NCBI GenBank assembly: GCA_964464605.1
Contig: CAYXJN010000003.1
Coordinates: forward strand, 186,001-250,000
Origin: an uncultured Ignavibacteriales bacterium
GTDB lineage: Bacteria > Zixibacteria > MSB-5A5 > GN15 > FEB-12
Direction: 5' to 3'
DNA length: 64,000 nucleotides
Position numbers and translations under genes: made by a program. The notes under the pieces were generated by a model. That model made no database searches. It worked only from the letters and a program-made list of their open reading frames with translations, and was not told the DNA's origin. Positions 26,249-37,073 of the stretch are shown here, in pieces; the stretch's first letter is position 1; every line of letters begins with the position of its first letter.

Positions 26249-27565
26249 ATGAAAAAGCGAGTGCTCATGTACTCCGCCGCCCTTATCGTGGCGTTGGCAG
26301 GGGTATATTTTCTGTTTTTCGGGCGGGGAAACTCAGCAGCAGTTCAGTATGAATTCGCCACTATCAGCCGGGGGGATATCCAAAGCACCATTTCTGCCAC
26401 CGGTACCCTGGCGCCTGTTGCCTCGGTTGAAGTAGGTACGCAGGTTTCGGGCACTGTTGATACGGTCTATGTTGATTTTAATGACAAAGTAAAAGAGAAC
26501 CAGCTTATCGCCATACTCGACACCTCGCTTTTGAAGGCAACCGTTCAGGATGCCGAGGCTGCCATGGAGCGGGCCGAAGCCCAGCTTGAAGGAGCACAGG
26601 CCGATTATGATCGCAACAAAGCGCTGTTGGAACGGAACCTGATATCGAAAGAAACCTTTCAGCCGTTTGAAATAAACCTGAAAAGCCAGCGGGCTGCGTT
26701 GCAGTCGGCGGATGCCGCGGTCGAACGAGCGCGAAGAAACCTCGAATACGCAGTAATACGTTCCCCTATATCCGGTATTGTCATTTCCCGCAGTGTTGAA
26801 CCGGGACAAACGGTCGCGGCCAGTCTGTCTGCGCCGGTGCTGTTTATCATTGCCAAAGATTTATCGAAAATGGAAATCCTTGCCGCAGTGGATGAAAGCG
26901 ATATCGGACAAATCAGTGTCGGGCAAGCGGTGAGTTTTGAAGTCGCCGCGCATAGCGGAAAAGAATTCAAGGGGACAGTCCAGCAGGTTCGCCTGCAGCC
27001 GACCACGGTTTCCAATGTCGTGACCTACACAGTCGTCGTCGAAGCGGAAAATGAAAACGATCTCTTGTTACCCGGCATGACCGCAACGCTCGATTTCATT
27101 ATCGATCAGCGTACTGATGTCCTTACGGTCCCGAACAAAGCACTCCGGTTTAAACCGAGTGATGATGAAGTCGCGGCTGCCCGCGCCCGGATGCCGCAGC
27201 GTCCGCAGGGTGAACGTGCGGAACGTGAAAACGGTGAACGCGCCGAACGTCCGCGTGAAGGTGGCGACAGCGCTCGCGGCGGCGGTATGCGAATGGGTGG
27301 ACCGCCCAGTGATTCCGCCCGTGCCCGGTGGAGAAACAATGCGAATATGGTTTGGTATTTGGATTCACTCGGCCAACTTGCTTTTGCCCCGTTCCAACCG
27401 GGACTGAGTGACGGCACCAACACTGAAATCGCCATGAGTCGCACATTAAAAGAAGGCATGCAGATAATCGCCGGTATCAAAGATAACAGCGTAGCGACTA
27501 CCAATAGAAGCGCTTCCCCATTGAGCGGACAACAACCGGGCGGCGGAATGCGTCGCGGATTCTAA
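26249..27565 (+). CDS. MacA-like efflux periplasmic adaptor subunit
   Basis: N-terminal TM, VEVGTQVSG, IRSPISG.V..R.VEPGQTVAAS, VDESDIG and LLPGMTA. Confidence 0.9.
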   Translation: MKKRVLMYSAALIVALAGVYFLFFGRGNSAAVQYEFATISRGDIQSTISATGTLAPVASVEVGTQVSGTVDTVYVDFNDKVKENQLIAILDTSLLKATVQDAEAAMERAEAQLEGAQADYDRNKALLERNLISKETFQPFEINLKSQRAALQSADAAVERARRNLEYAVIRSPISGIVISRSVEPGQTVAASLSAPVLFIIAKDLSKMEILAAVDESDIGQISVGQAVSFEVAAHSGKEFKGTVQQVRLQPTTVSNVVTYTVVVEAENENDLLLPGMTATLDFIIDQRTDVLTVPNKALRFKPSDDEVAAARARMPQRPQGERAERENGERAERPREGGDSARGGGMRMGGPPSDSARARWRNNANMVWYLDSLGQLAFAPFQPGLSDGTNTEIAMSRTLKEGMQIIAGIKDNSVATTNRSASPLSGQQPGGGMRRGF

Positions 27566-27584
27566 CAGGCGTCGCCTGTTTATT

Positions 27585-28333
<749 letters not shown>

Positions 28334-28337
<4 letters not shown>

Positions 28338-29551
28338 ATTTTCTTCGTCTTATCCGCGCCGCGTTCAAAAGTATTTTTCGTAATCGACTACGGAGTATTT
28401 TGACTTCGCTCGGGATTATCATCGGTGTCAGCGCCGTTATTATCATGGTTGGTATCGGCGAAGGATCGCAGGCGGTAATCGAACAAAACATCAATTCTCT
28501 CGGTACTAATTTATTGATCGTCTTCCCCGGCAGCTCCAACACGGCCGGTGTTCGCGGTGGCGCAGGAAGCAATAACCGGTTTACTTTCGATGATGTCGAA
28601 AAAATCAAAAAGGAATCGGTATTACTTGATGGCGTCTCTCCTGTCGTGCGAGCCGGCGGGCAAGTTGTCGGCGGTACGGGTAACTGGTCGACAACTATTT
28701 ACGGTGTCACCCCCGATTATTTCAAAATCCGCAGTTGGCAGATACAGTATGGGGATTTCTTTACGGACAAGGATATCGCCGGAAGCCGCAAAGTTGTATT
28801 GCTCGGCAAAACGGTAGCAGATCAATTATTCCCCGGCCAAGACCCTACCGGACAAACCATCCGCGTTCGCAACACACCGGTTACCGTGATCGGCGTTTTG
28901 AAAGCCAAAGGGCAAAGCGGAATGGGACAGGATCAGGACGATGTTATTTTAGCCCCTTCCACCACCGTGCTGTATCGTCTTAAAGGTGGGCAATGGATCG
29001 ACATGATAAACGCCAGCGGTGTTTCTGCTGCGCGTTTACCGGAAGCAATCGAAGAACTCAAACTGATTTTACGTAGTGCACACAAATTACAGCCGGGTGA
29101 AGATGATGATTTCACCATTCGCAGTCAGGCGGAACTGAGTGAAGCGATGACGGCAACTTCGGAAACGTTAACGTTATTACTCGCATCGATTGCCGCGGTC
29201 AGCTTGGTAGTCGGTGGTATCGGTATTATGAACATCATGCTCGTATCGGTCACTGAGCGCACCCGCGAAATCGGTATCCGTCTTTCGGTCGGCGCGCGTG
29301 AGAGTGATATTCTGGTTCAGTTTCTTACCGAAGCAGTGGTATTAAGTGTCAGCGGTGGCGTTATCGGTATTACTCTTTCGGCAATAGTAGTGGCAGGATT
29401 GAATAAATGGTCGGACTTACAGCCGATTATTACCCCTGAGATAGTTGTTATTTCATTTCTGTTCTCGGCGGTTGTCGGTGTTTTTTTCGGTTTTTATCCG
29501 GCCTGGAAAGCCGCCGCGCTCGACCCGATCGATGCTTTACGCCATGAATAA
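28334..29551 (+). CDS. ABC transporter permease (MacB/FtsX-like)
   Basis: RSILTSLGIIIGV, GGIGIMNIMLVSVTERTREIG and PIDALRHE motifs. Confidence 0.95.
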
Positions 29552-29566
29552 CGCAAGGATAGCACT

Positions 29567-30394
29567 ATGAAAATGTCTCACTCACTGTTTTTACTTTTCT
29601 GCATAGCAATTGCTTCTTCTGCTTTTGCCGGTGATTTGAAATGTTCGTGGACAACACAAGCTGTGCGGGTCGACGGAAAATCGGATGAATGGTCAGGTGC
29701 CGCCAGTGCATTTTTTGAAGATCAAAGCGCTGTCGTTATGGCCAGCAGCGACAGCGCCTTTCTGTACATTTTGTTTCGCACCAACGATATCAAATCAGTT
29801 CGCGCCATTAAGGGAACCGGAATCACGCTCTTTTTGGATGCAAAAGCAGGCAAGAAAAAAGATTTTTCATTGAAATTCCGCGGCGGACCATCGATGGAAC
29901 AACTGAAACCCAGGCAGAATGAAATACAAACGATGGATCGTCAAGCATCCTCCGGTATGAAAACACAGCAGTTTCCTGATTCAATGCACCTGCCGACCGT
30001 TCTTCTTTGCAATATCGACAAATGGCTTATCGACAAAGAACTATCATTGGACGGTGCTCATGGCCCTATGGCGGCGTTTGACACTTCACAGGGATTTTAC
30101 ACTTATGAATTTCGCGTACCGTTAGCTGAAGCAACGGCACAGTATTATGGCATCAACGCAAAGCCGGGACAGAAAATTGCTATTGGCGCGGTTTGGGGTG
30201 GTATGGCAAAGGATGAATCGATGAAACCGGAAATGGAAGCAGGCTTCGGCGATTTCGGCGGCGGCAGCGGTGGTATTGAGGGAGGGAGTATGCGGGACCG
30301 CGCGAGAAAGAATCGACCATATCAGAGTGAGATGACAAAAGGGAAAAAACAGGAAATTTGGGTCAAAGCTATCTTAGCGAATCAGACGAAGTAA
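29567..30394 (+). CDS. Secreted hypothetical protein (weakly DOMON/CBM9-like)
   Basis: Signal peptide; VDGKSDEW and YEFRVPL; Gly-rich C-terminal segment. Co-oriented with the ABC operon. Confidence 0.6.
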   Translation: MKMSHSLFLLFCIAIASSAFAGDLKCSWTTQAVRVDGKSDEWSGAASAFFEDQSAVVMASSDSAFLYILFRTNDIKSVRAIKGTGITLFLDAKAGKKKDFSLKFRGGPSMEQLKPRQNEIQTMDRQASSGMKTQQFPDSMHLPTVLLCNIDKWLIDKELSLDGAHGPMAAFDTSQGFYTYEFRVPLAEATAQYYGINAKPGQKIAIGAVWGGMAKDESMKPEMEAGFGDFGGGSGGIEGGSMRDRARKNRPYQSEMTKGKKQEIWVKAILANQTK

Positions 30395-30422
30395 CCTGAC
30401 CCAAACTCCCTTCCCGTTTCAC

Positions 30423-30896
30423 TTACGGATGGCGCGTCGGCGTCACAGAGGAATTACGGCCAATCGCCGCTTCATTTAACAGCAGCCAATACAGCCCTAA
30501 GTTACGAACCGCTTCGGTAAACTGTGCAAAATCGACCGGTTTGCGAATGTAACTATTGGCGCCCAGATTATAGCCGTTGATTACATCCTGATCTTCGTTT
30601 GATGACGTCAAAATGACGACTGGTAGAAACTTGGTTTTCTTATCAGCGCGAAGCCGACGGAGCACTTCCAAACCATCTATTTTGGGTAATTTGAGATCGA
30701 GCAGAGTAACCTGCGGAAGTATACTCGGATCGCGGTCGGAGAATGATCCGGTGCAGAAAAGAAAATCCAATGCCTCGACGCCGTCTTTGGCGACGATAAT
30801 TTCATTGGTGATATTATTCTGCTTGAGCGCTCGCAAGGTCAGCTGTACGTCGTCGGGATTGTCCTCGACCAGTAGAATCACCTTGTTGTTGTCCAT
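30423..30896 (-). CDS. Single-domain response regulator (Rcp1-like)
   Basis: ILLVEDNPDD, LLDLKLPKIDG, LTSS and GANSYIRKPVDF. Confidence 0.92.
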   Translation of the reverse strand: MDNNKVILLVEDNPDDVQLTLRALKQNNITNEIIVAKDGVEALDFLFCTGSFSDRDPSILPQVTLLDLKLPKIDGLEVLRRLRADKKTKFLPVVILTSSNEDQDVINGYNLGANSYIRKPVDFAQFTEAVRNLGLYWLLLNEAAIGRNSSVTPTRHP

Positions 30897-33018
30897 GACT
30901 ACCTCCTCTTGTTCCTATGAGTCCGATGGTGAAATAAAAAGTAGCGCCGGAGCCCACCGTGCTTTCTGCCCAAATATCGCCTCCATGGCGACGGATAATT
31001 CGGTGTACCGTCGCTAAACCAACACCAGTTCCCTCAAATTCATCCGGTGCATGCAGACGTTCGAAGGCACCGAACAGTTTTCCGGCAAAGGCCATATCAA
31101 ACCCTACGCCATTGTCGCGAACATAATATGTTTGCCCCGGTTTGTCCATTGCAACACCGAACTCGATTATTGCTTCATCCTCCCGTGAGGAGTATTTCCA
31201 GGCATTGCCCAGAAGATTCTGCATAGCAACCTGGAGTAACCTGGGGTCACCGTATGCCCACAGGTTATCCTGAATGGAAACAGTTACTTTCCGATGCGGG
31301 TTTTGCATTTTGAGTTCATCGATGACAGTCCGGGCAATATCGCTCAAATTCGTTTCCTGCTGTCTGATCTCCGCGCGGGTGATTCGCGATAACTGAAGCA
31401 GGTCATCGATTAAATTCGACATCCGCTGGGCCGCGGCCCTAACCCGGCGCAGATAATCGCGGCCGGTGTCATCAAGATTTTGCGCATAATCATCCAGCAG
31501 CGCCTGGCTGAATCCGTCAATACTCCGTAGCGGTGTCCGTAAATCATGCGAAACGGAATAACTGAATGCCTCAAGTTCCTTATTTGATGAAGAAAGCGCG
31601 GCGGCGCGGTGCAGCAGCGTTTCATTCAGAATCGAAATTTCCTGTTCTGTCCGTTTGCGGTCTGTAATATCATGGGCAACGGCATAAATTGCGCCATCGG
31701 AAAGTGATGGTGATGCATTCCACAGCAGCGTACGGTAGGATCCATCTTTACATAAATACCGGTTTTCAAAGGAGTGTACCGTACCACCGCTTGACAGTTT
31801 CGACATTTCGGCAAGCGTTGCTTCACGGTCATCCGGATGCACAAACTCGATAAACAGCTTTTGTGTAAGTTCCGCTTCCGTGTAACCGAGTACTTTTTCC
31901 CAAGAGGGATTAAGTTTCAGGAAATAGCCACTCTGACTGGCAATGCAGAGCAGATCGACGGATAATTCAAAAAACCGGTTGATCTGCGATTCAGCTTTTT
32001 TCTGCTCGGTAATGTCTTCAGAAATACCCAGAAGAAATTTCGGCCTGCCGTCAAGACCTAAGACTGGAATCTTTTTTGTATGGAGAATCCGTGTACCATT
32101 GACACGGGTCTCAATTTGCTCTTCCGGAATATCGAGTAAGGTGCCGTTTTCAATAACTTTTCTATCGTGCGAGACAAAGAAATCGGCCTGATCTTTGGCA
32201 AAGAAATCATAGTCAGATTTCCCTATCAATTCCTCTTCTGACATCCCTAACAACTCCTCACCCGCTTTATTGAACCGGACAAAGCGAAGATCTTCGGCAT
32301 CTTTTACGAAGATCATATTGGGGATATTTTCAACGACGGAATCCAAAAAGTTCAACCCATCCTGCAGCGCTTGTTCGGCCTGTTTACGACGTTTCATGTC
32401 GCGGTGAATCGAAAAGCCGGCATAGACAACCACGAATATTGCGATCACATTACCGAGCAAGATAAACAAAAGCTGGAATTGATTGTGGGTGTGCTCCTCT
32501 CGTAATCTGGCCGCAAGCAACACCGCTTCGTTTTCACGCAATGTTTTTACCAGCGAACGAATCTGCCGCATGGTCGCATTGCCGCCCTCAATCATTTTCT
32601 GGTAATACCGGTCAAGCGACATTCCGGACCGTTTGGTATCGATACCATCCTGCGTACCGATTATTTTTTGCCGGATCAGCGATTCGAGGGTGTCAAGATA
32701 TGCGACTTGCTGCGGATTATCTAAAAGCAGTAATTTTAAGGTAGTGAATTCTGAATCGGCAATGGCAATACCGGATTCGAACGGATATAAAAATCGTTCA
32801 TCACCAGTCATGACAAATCCACGTCCGCCCGTTTCAATGTCAATTGCGGCGGCAAGAACGGCGTCAAGCCGCTGGATAACCTGATAGGTGTGCTCAACCC
32901 ATTTGCTGGCTTCCTGTTGTCTGGCTGTATTTCGAAACGCACCAATAGCAACAGCGCACATAATAACGAGCGCGATGGTGAATCCTGCCCAAATTTTCGT
33001 TTCGATGGTGTGCTTCAT
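30814..33018 (-). CDS. CHASE3-PAS-PAS sensor histidine kinase
   Basis: WVEHTYQV..ETGGRGF..TGDERFL (CHASE3), two PAS domains, FSYSVSHDLRTPLR, GNAWKY and FEGTGVGLA. Confidence 0.92.
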   Translation of the reverse strand: MKHTIETKIWAGFTIALVIMCAVAIGAFRNTARQQEASKWVEHTYQVIQRLDAVLAAAIDIETGGRGFVMTGDERFLYPFESGIAIADSEFTTLKLLLLDNPQQVAYLDTLESLIRQKIIGTQDGIDTKRSGMSLDRYYQKMIEGGNATMRQIRSLVKTLRENEAVLLAARLREEHTHNQFQLLFILLGNVIAIFVVVYAGFSIHRDMKRRKQAEQALQDGLNFLDSVVENIPNMIFVKDAEDLRFVRFNKAGEELLGMSEEELIGKSDYDFFAKDQADFFVSHDRKVIENGTLLDIPEEQIETRVNGTRILHTKKIPVLGLDGRPKFLLGISEDITEQKKAESQINRFFELSVDLLCIASQSGYFLKLNPSWEKVLGYTEAELTQKLFIEFVHPDDREATLAEMSKLSSGGTVHSFENRYLCKDGSYRTLLWNASPSLSDGAIYAVAHDITDRKRTEQEISILNETLLHRAAALSSSNKELEAFSYSVSHDLRTPLRSIDGFSQALLDDYAQNLDDTGRDYLRRVRAAAQRMSNLIDDLLQLSRITRAEIRQQETNLSDIARTVIDELKMQNPHRKVTVSIQDNLWAYGDPRLLQVAMQNLLGNAWKYSSREDEAIIEFGVAMDKPGQTYYVRDNGVGFDMAFAGKLFGAFERLHAPDEFEGTGVGLATVHRIIRRHGGDIWAESTVGSGATFYFTIGLIGTRGGSHGQQQGDSTGRGQSRRRTADLASAQAE

Positions 33019-33089
33019 AAACCTAACTTATGCTGGCTGTCAGTCAACGCAAGGATAAAAAACGGCATGCCCCCCGGTTACCTGCCAGC

Positions 33090-34241
33090 TTACCGCGTTG
33101 GCGCCACAAGCTGATCCGGAGTAGTTGCGCTGGCAGGGATATCCGTGCTGTTCCGCGGAAGCGTCAAGGTAAATCGGGTGCCTGCTCCCTGATATGACTC
33201 TACTGAAATTATACCGCCGTGACGTTCAACGATATTCTTGGTGATACAAAGGCCTAAACCGGTACCGTGCGACTTACCGTGGGAAACAAACGGATCAAAC
33301 ACTTTTTCTAAAACCGACTCGGCAATACCGGGACCGGTATCCTCTACTGAGATCGATGCTTCAGAACTTCCGATAGTGAGAAATACTTTGATGGCTCCAC
33401 CTATCGGCGTTGCACTGCAGGCATTGTCCAGAAGATTGACTAACCCGCGAACGATCTTTGTCCGATCGATATTGAACATTGGAGATGCCTGATCAAGTGT
33501 CCGTTCCGCAAACTGCAGCGAGATTCGTTTCTGTTCCGAAAGCACACGGAAATTGTTTGTCACGCTAAGTAGTAACGCGCTAAGGTCGATTTCTTCCGGC
33601 GATAACCGCATTTGTCCTTTGGCAAAGTCGAGTACTTCGTGGGTAATTTCAACCATCCGCTCAACCTGCTCACCGATAATCCGGAGATACTTGGCGTGTT
33701 CATCGGGCGGCAGTTCGATACTTTGTAAAAGTTCGGTGCAGCTTGAAATAACCTGGAGTGGATTTTTCAAATCATGTAAAACTGATGCAGCCGCTTCACC
33801 CAGAGCGCGAAGCCGTTCGCTTGATTTGAGCTGCGCTTCAGCATGTGCGCGGGCGCGGCGGATTTTAGCATCTTCAAGTTCACGCAGAATTGCCGGCACC
33901 AGGCGCGCCGGTTTATCTTTCATGACATAGTCATGCGCACCGGCTTTCATCGCTTTGACAGCGATTTCTTCACCGATTGAACCGGAAACGATAATAAACG
34001 GTATGCCGTTGTAATCTTCTTCTTTAGCAAGCGCAAGCGCCTCGGCAGCGCTGAATTTGGGCATATTGTAATCGCAGAGAATAATATCCCAATTCCCCTC
34101 GGCCATCGCTGCTATCATATGCTCCCGCTCATCGACCCGTTTCCAGTCGACCGAAATACCCGCCTTTTCCAAAAGATGTAATACCAGGATCACATCGCTT
34201 TCTGAATCTTCAACAAATAGTACCCGTAAATGTGTACTCAT
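33090..34241 (-). CDS. REC-HisKA-HATPase hybrid kinase
   Basis: VLFVEDSESD, LCDYNMP, LHDLKNPL, DTGPG and GTGLGL. Confidence 0.9.
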   Translation of the reverse strand: MSTHLRVLFVEDSESDVILVLHLLEKAGISVDWKRVDEREHMIAAMAEGNWDIILCDYNMPKFSAAEALALAKEEDYNGIPFIIVSGSIGEEIAVKAMKAGAHDYVMKDKPARLVPAILRELEDAKIRRARAHAEAQLKSSERLRALGEAAASVLHDLKNPLQVISSCTELLQSIELPPDEHAKYLRIIGEQVERMVEITHEVLDFAKGQMRLSPEEIDLSALLLSVTNNFRVLSEQKRISLQFAERTLDQASPMFNIDRTKIVRGLVNLLDNACSATPIGGAIKVFLTIGSSEASISVEDTGPGIAESVLEKVFDPFVSHGKSHGTGLGLCITKNIVERHGGIISVESYQGAGTRFTLTLPRNSTDIPASATTPDQLVAPTR

Positions 34242-34684
34242 ACTTTCACCTCGTGGTGAGGAACTTCATTTAATAAGAGCCAATACACACCCATCTGCCG
34301 CACCGCTTCGACAAAAGCGGTGAAATCGACCGGTTTGCGGATATAACTATTGGCGCCGTACGTATAGCTGGTTACTAAGTCCTGTTCTTCCTGCGAAGAT
34401 GTCAGCATTACTATCGGAATAAAACGTGTCTGCTCATCTTCACGAATCCTGCGTAACACAGTTAAGCCATCTATTTTAGGAAGTTTGATATCCAAGAGAA
34501 TCAACTGCGGCAATGCGATAAGCTTTTCCTGACCGTTGCGACCACCAAACAAAAGTTGCAGTGCTTCGTCGCCGTCACTTGCCACGACCACATGATTGGC
34601 GATATTGTTCCGCTCTAAGGCGCGAAGCGTTAATTCGACGTCGTTCTGATTATCTTCAACGAGCAGTATGGGCTGCTTCAGCAT
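34238..34684 (-). CDS. Single-domain response regulator (Rcp1-like)
   Basis: ILLVEDNQND, LLDIKLPKIDG and GANSYIRKPVDF. ATG 34684 follows GGAGG (the ORF track extends to 34729). Confidence 0.9.
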   Translation of the reverse strand: MLKQPILLVEDNQNDVELTLRALERNNIANHVVVASDGDEALQLLFGGRNGQEKLIALPQLILLDIKLPKIDGLTVLRRIREDEQTRFIPIVMLTSSQEEQDLVTSYTYGANSYIRKPVDFTAFVEAVRQMGVYWLLLNEVPHHEVKV

Positions 34685-36872
34685 ATGCCGGTACCTCCGA
34701 GTGTGGTAGTGTGAAATAAAAGACCGCACCTTTATCTACTGTAGCTTCAGCCCAAACCTTACCACCATGTCGACGGATAATCCGCTGGACGGTGGCAAGT
34801 CCGATGCCTGTTCCTTCAAATTCGCTGGCATGATGCAGCCGCTGAAACGCACCGAACAACTTATTGATATACTGCATATCAAATCCGGCCCCGTTATCGC
34901 GTACGAAAAAGATCGTTTCATCCGACTTTCGGGTTGCATCAAACACAATTTCTGCCCGCTCACGCTTACCCGAATATTTCCATGCATTGTGTAACAAGTT
35001 TTGAAGCACGAGTCGCAACAGATGGCGATCACCAGTTACCTGCAATGATGGCGCGATAATGACATCCACATACCGTGACGGTTCAGTTTTTCTCAGTTCT
35101 GTAATTACTTCTTCTGCCAGCTCACTTAGATTGACCGGCATGACCTGCATTTCCCGGCGGGTGACACGGGACAGCGAAAGTATATCATCGATTAAGATTC
35201 CCATATCATCGGCGGCTTTTTTTATCCGTTTGAAAAAGTCCTGACCTTTTTCATCCAGTTGATTGGCGTAGTCTTCCTGAATGACCTGACTGAATCCGGT
35301 GATCGCCCGAAGCGGCGCGCGCAAATCATGTGAAACTGTATAGCTGAATGATTCCAACTCTTTATTGGTCGATTCCAGCGCTTCTGTCTGTAAAGTCAGT
35401 GTATGGTTCAATGAAGAAATTCGCTCTTCAGCCGCCTTCAATTCTCTGATATCCATAACAACACCGCCAACGCCGTACGACGTATCCGACGTATCACTTG
35501 GTGCAAACAGATGCGTGAGATAATAATAGGTACCATCTGGCTGATCAAAGACATCCTCGAACTGCATCGAGGTTCCCGTGGATAACACGACTTCATCGCG
35601 TGATTTGAATCGTTCGGCAACTTCAGGAGGGAAGAAATCAAAATCTGTTTTCCCGAGCATGCTTCCCGGCGCTACGTTCAATAATGCTTCAAAGCGTCGG
35701 TTTACCGTCAGGTATCTTCCATCCCGGTCTTTAAGAAACACGACAGCCGGGGTGTTATCCATTATTGCATCCAGACGAGACTGAATAATCTGCCGTTCGC
35801 GCTCATGGAGTTTTCGCGGAGAAATATCGCGGCAAATTCCGGTCAGAGCGTACACTTTACCGGTTTCATCTGCAAGCGGAAAGGCACTTACCTCAACGTC
35901 GATTGGATACCCGTTTTTATGCTTGAGCAAAACTTCAAGACCCTGAATCGTTCCGCCGCGCAGCAAGTACATATGATTTTTCCGCTGTTGCTCGTAGGTA
36001 TCTCCATACGAAATCAATTTCCAGCTTTTCCCTTTTGCCTCTTCCGCAGTGTAACCGAAAATCCGTTCTGCTCCGTCATTCCACATGGTAATGGCATCAT
36101 CCGGCGTAATACTGATAATGGCATCATTGGACGCTTTTACCAGTGAGGCAAGAAATGTAGTTGCCGCCAGCACCTTCCTGCGTTCGGAAATTTCATACCC
36201 GATTGCCAAAAGTAACATACCTACCCCTAATGCGGTAAAGGACATCGAAGTATTTAAAGCCATCGGAACAGCGAGTCCGCGATAATCCAATGGAGCGCGA
36301 TAGGCGTATCCAAGCAGGAAAACAAGCGGAATAGCTACCATCGCTATTGCCAGCCCGGTTGCAAGATGCCGTTTCCATTTTATGGTTTTGGTGCGGGTCA
36401 AAAGGATGATACTGGTCCCACCCATGACAAAGCAGGCTGCCGTGGCAAGCGCCATTCGTCCAGGGGGAACAGCTATAACTGATTTGGTCGCGAGCGGTAA
36501 TAATTGCTCAAGAAATCCATCTGCAATTCCTAACGAGTGTTCCACCATACGGGAGCCAGCCAGCGCAATACCAAATAGGCCGAGTATTTGAGCAAATCGG
36601 TTCATTCTCGGGGTAGGAACGGTAAGCGAGAAAAGTGCCGCACTGAAACAGAGAAAAACCAGAATAGTCCGCGGCGCCATCGGGTAAAATGATTCCCCGA
36701 ATGCATTGAGTACGGGACTATTGATCACCCAGCCGATTGCCGCGGCTAATGCAATGAGAAACGAAGTTCCGGATAAAACCTGAACGGAAAGAACGATTCG
36801 CCCGGGGGGCATCAAGAGTTCATTGCTTCCCGCTGGTAGAGTATTCGATGTTGCTTGCCCTGCCTCTGACAT
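34656..36872 (-). CDS. Multi-TM PAS-PAS sensor histidine kinase
   Basis: About 6 TM helices, two PAS domains, FSYTVSHDLRAPLR, NAWKY and FEGTGIGLA. Confidence 0.92.
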   Translation of the reverse strand: MSEAGQATSNTLPAGSNELLMPPGRIVLSVQVLSGTSFLIALAAAIGWVINSPVLNAFGESFYPMAPRTILVFLCFSAALFSLTVPTPRMNRFAQILGLFGIALAGSRMVEHSLGIADGFLEQLLPLATKSVIAVPPGRMALATAACFVMGGTSIILLTRTKTIKWKRHLATGLAIAMVAIPLVFLLGYAYRAPLDYRGLAVPMALNTSMSFTALGVGMLLLAIGYEISERRKVLAATTFLASLVKASNDAIISITPDDAITMWNDGAERIFGYTAEEAKGKSWKLISYGDTYEQQRKNHMYLLRGGTIQGLEVLLKHKNGYPIDVEVSAFPLADETGKVYALTGICRDISPRKLHERERQIIQSRLDAIMDNTPAVVFLKDRDGRYLTVNRRFEALLNVAPGSMLGKTDFDFFPPEVAERFKSRDEVVLSTGTSMQFEDVFDQPDGTYYYLTHLFAPSDTSDTSYGVGGVVMDIRELKAAEERISSLNHTLTLQTEALESTNKELESFSYTVSHDLRAPLRAITGFSQVIQEDYANQLDEKGQDFFKRIKKAADDMGILIDDILSLSRVTRREMQVMPVNLSELAEEVITELRKTEPSRYVDVIIAPSLQVTGDRHLLRLVLQNLLHNAWKYSGKRERAEIVFDATRKSDETIFFVRDNGAGFDMQYINKLFGAFQRLHHASEFEGTGIGLATVQRIIRRHGGKVWAEATVDKGAVFYFTLPHSEVPAYAEAAHTAR

Positions 36873-37036
36873 ATTGCCCTTTAAACTATTGAGCTAATTC
36901 ACCTCTTGTTGATGTAATCGACAGTAGTTGTCATTGATTAACCTCTGTTTCAAAAGTTTTTTCGTTCCATAAAAGCATGTGCACTTTTTGCGCAAATGAT
37001 TGTCCCACTTCCACAACCGTACATTCCCTTATCATC

Positions 37037-37063
37037 TCAAGGTTAGCGCATGACTGCCGATAG
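37037..37063 (+). promoter_or_regulatory. sigma28-type promoter
   Basis: TCAA(G)-N15-GCCGATAG. It overlaps the ORF-track ATG at 37050. Confidence 0.7.
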
Positions 37064-37073
37064 TGAGAAAATA

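Noticed and set aside
27209..27260. Short GAACG-rich repeats in macA
   Set aside because: They encode a low-complexity GERAER linker, not a CRISPR or regulatory array.
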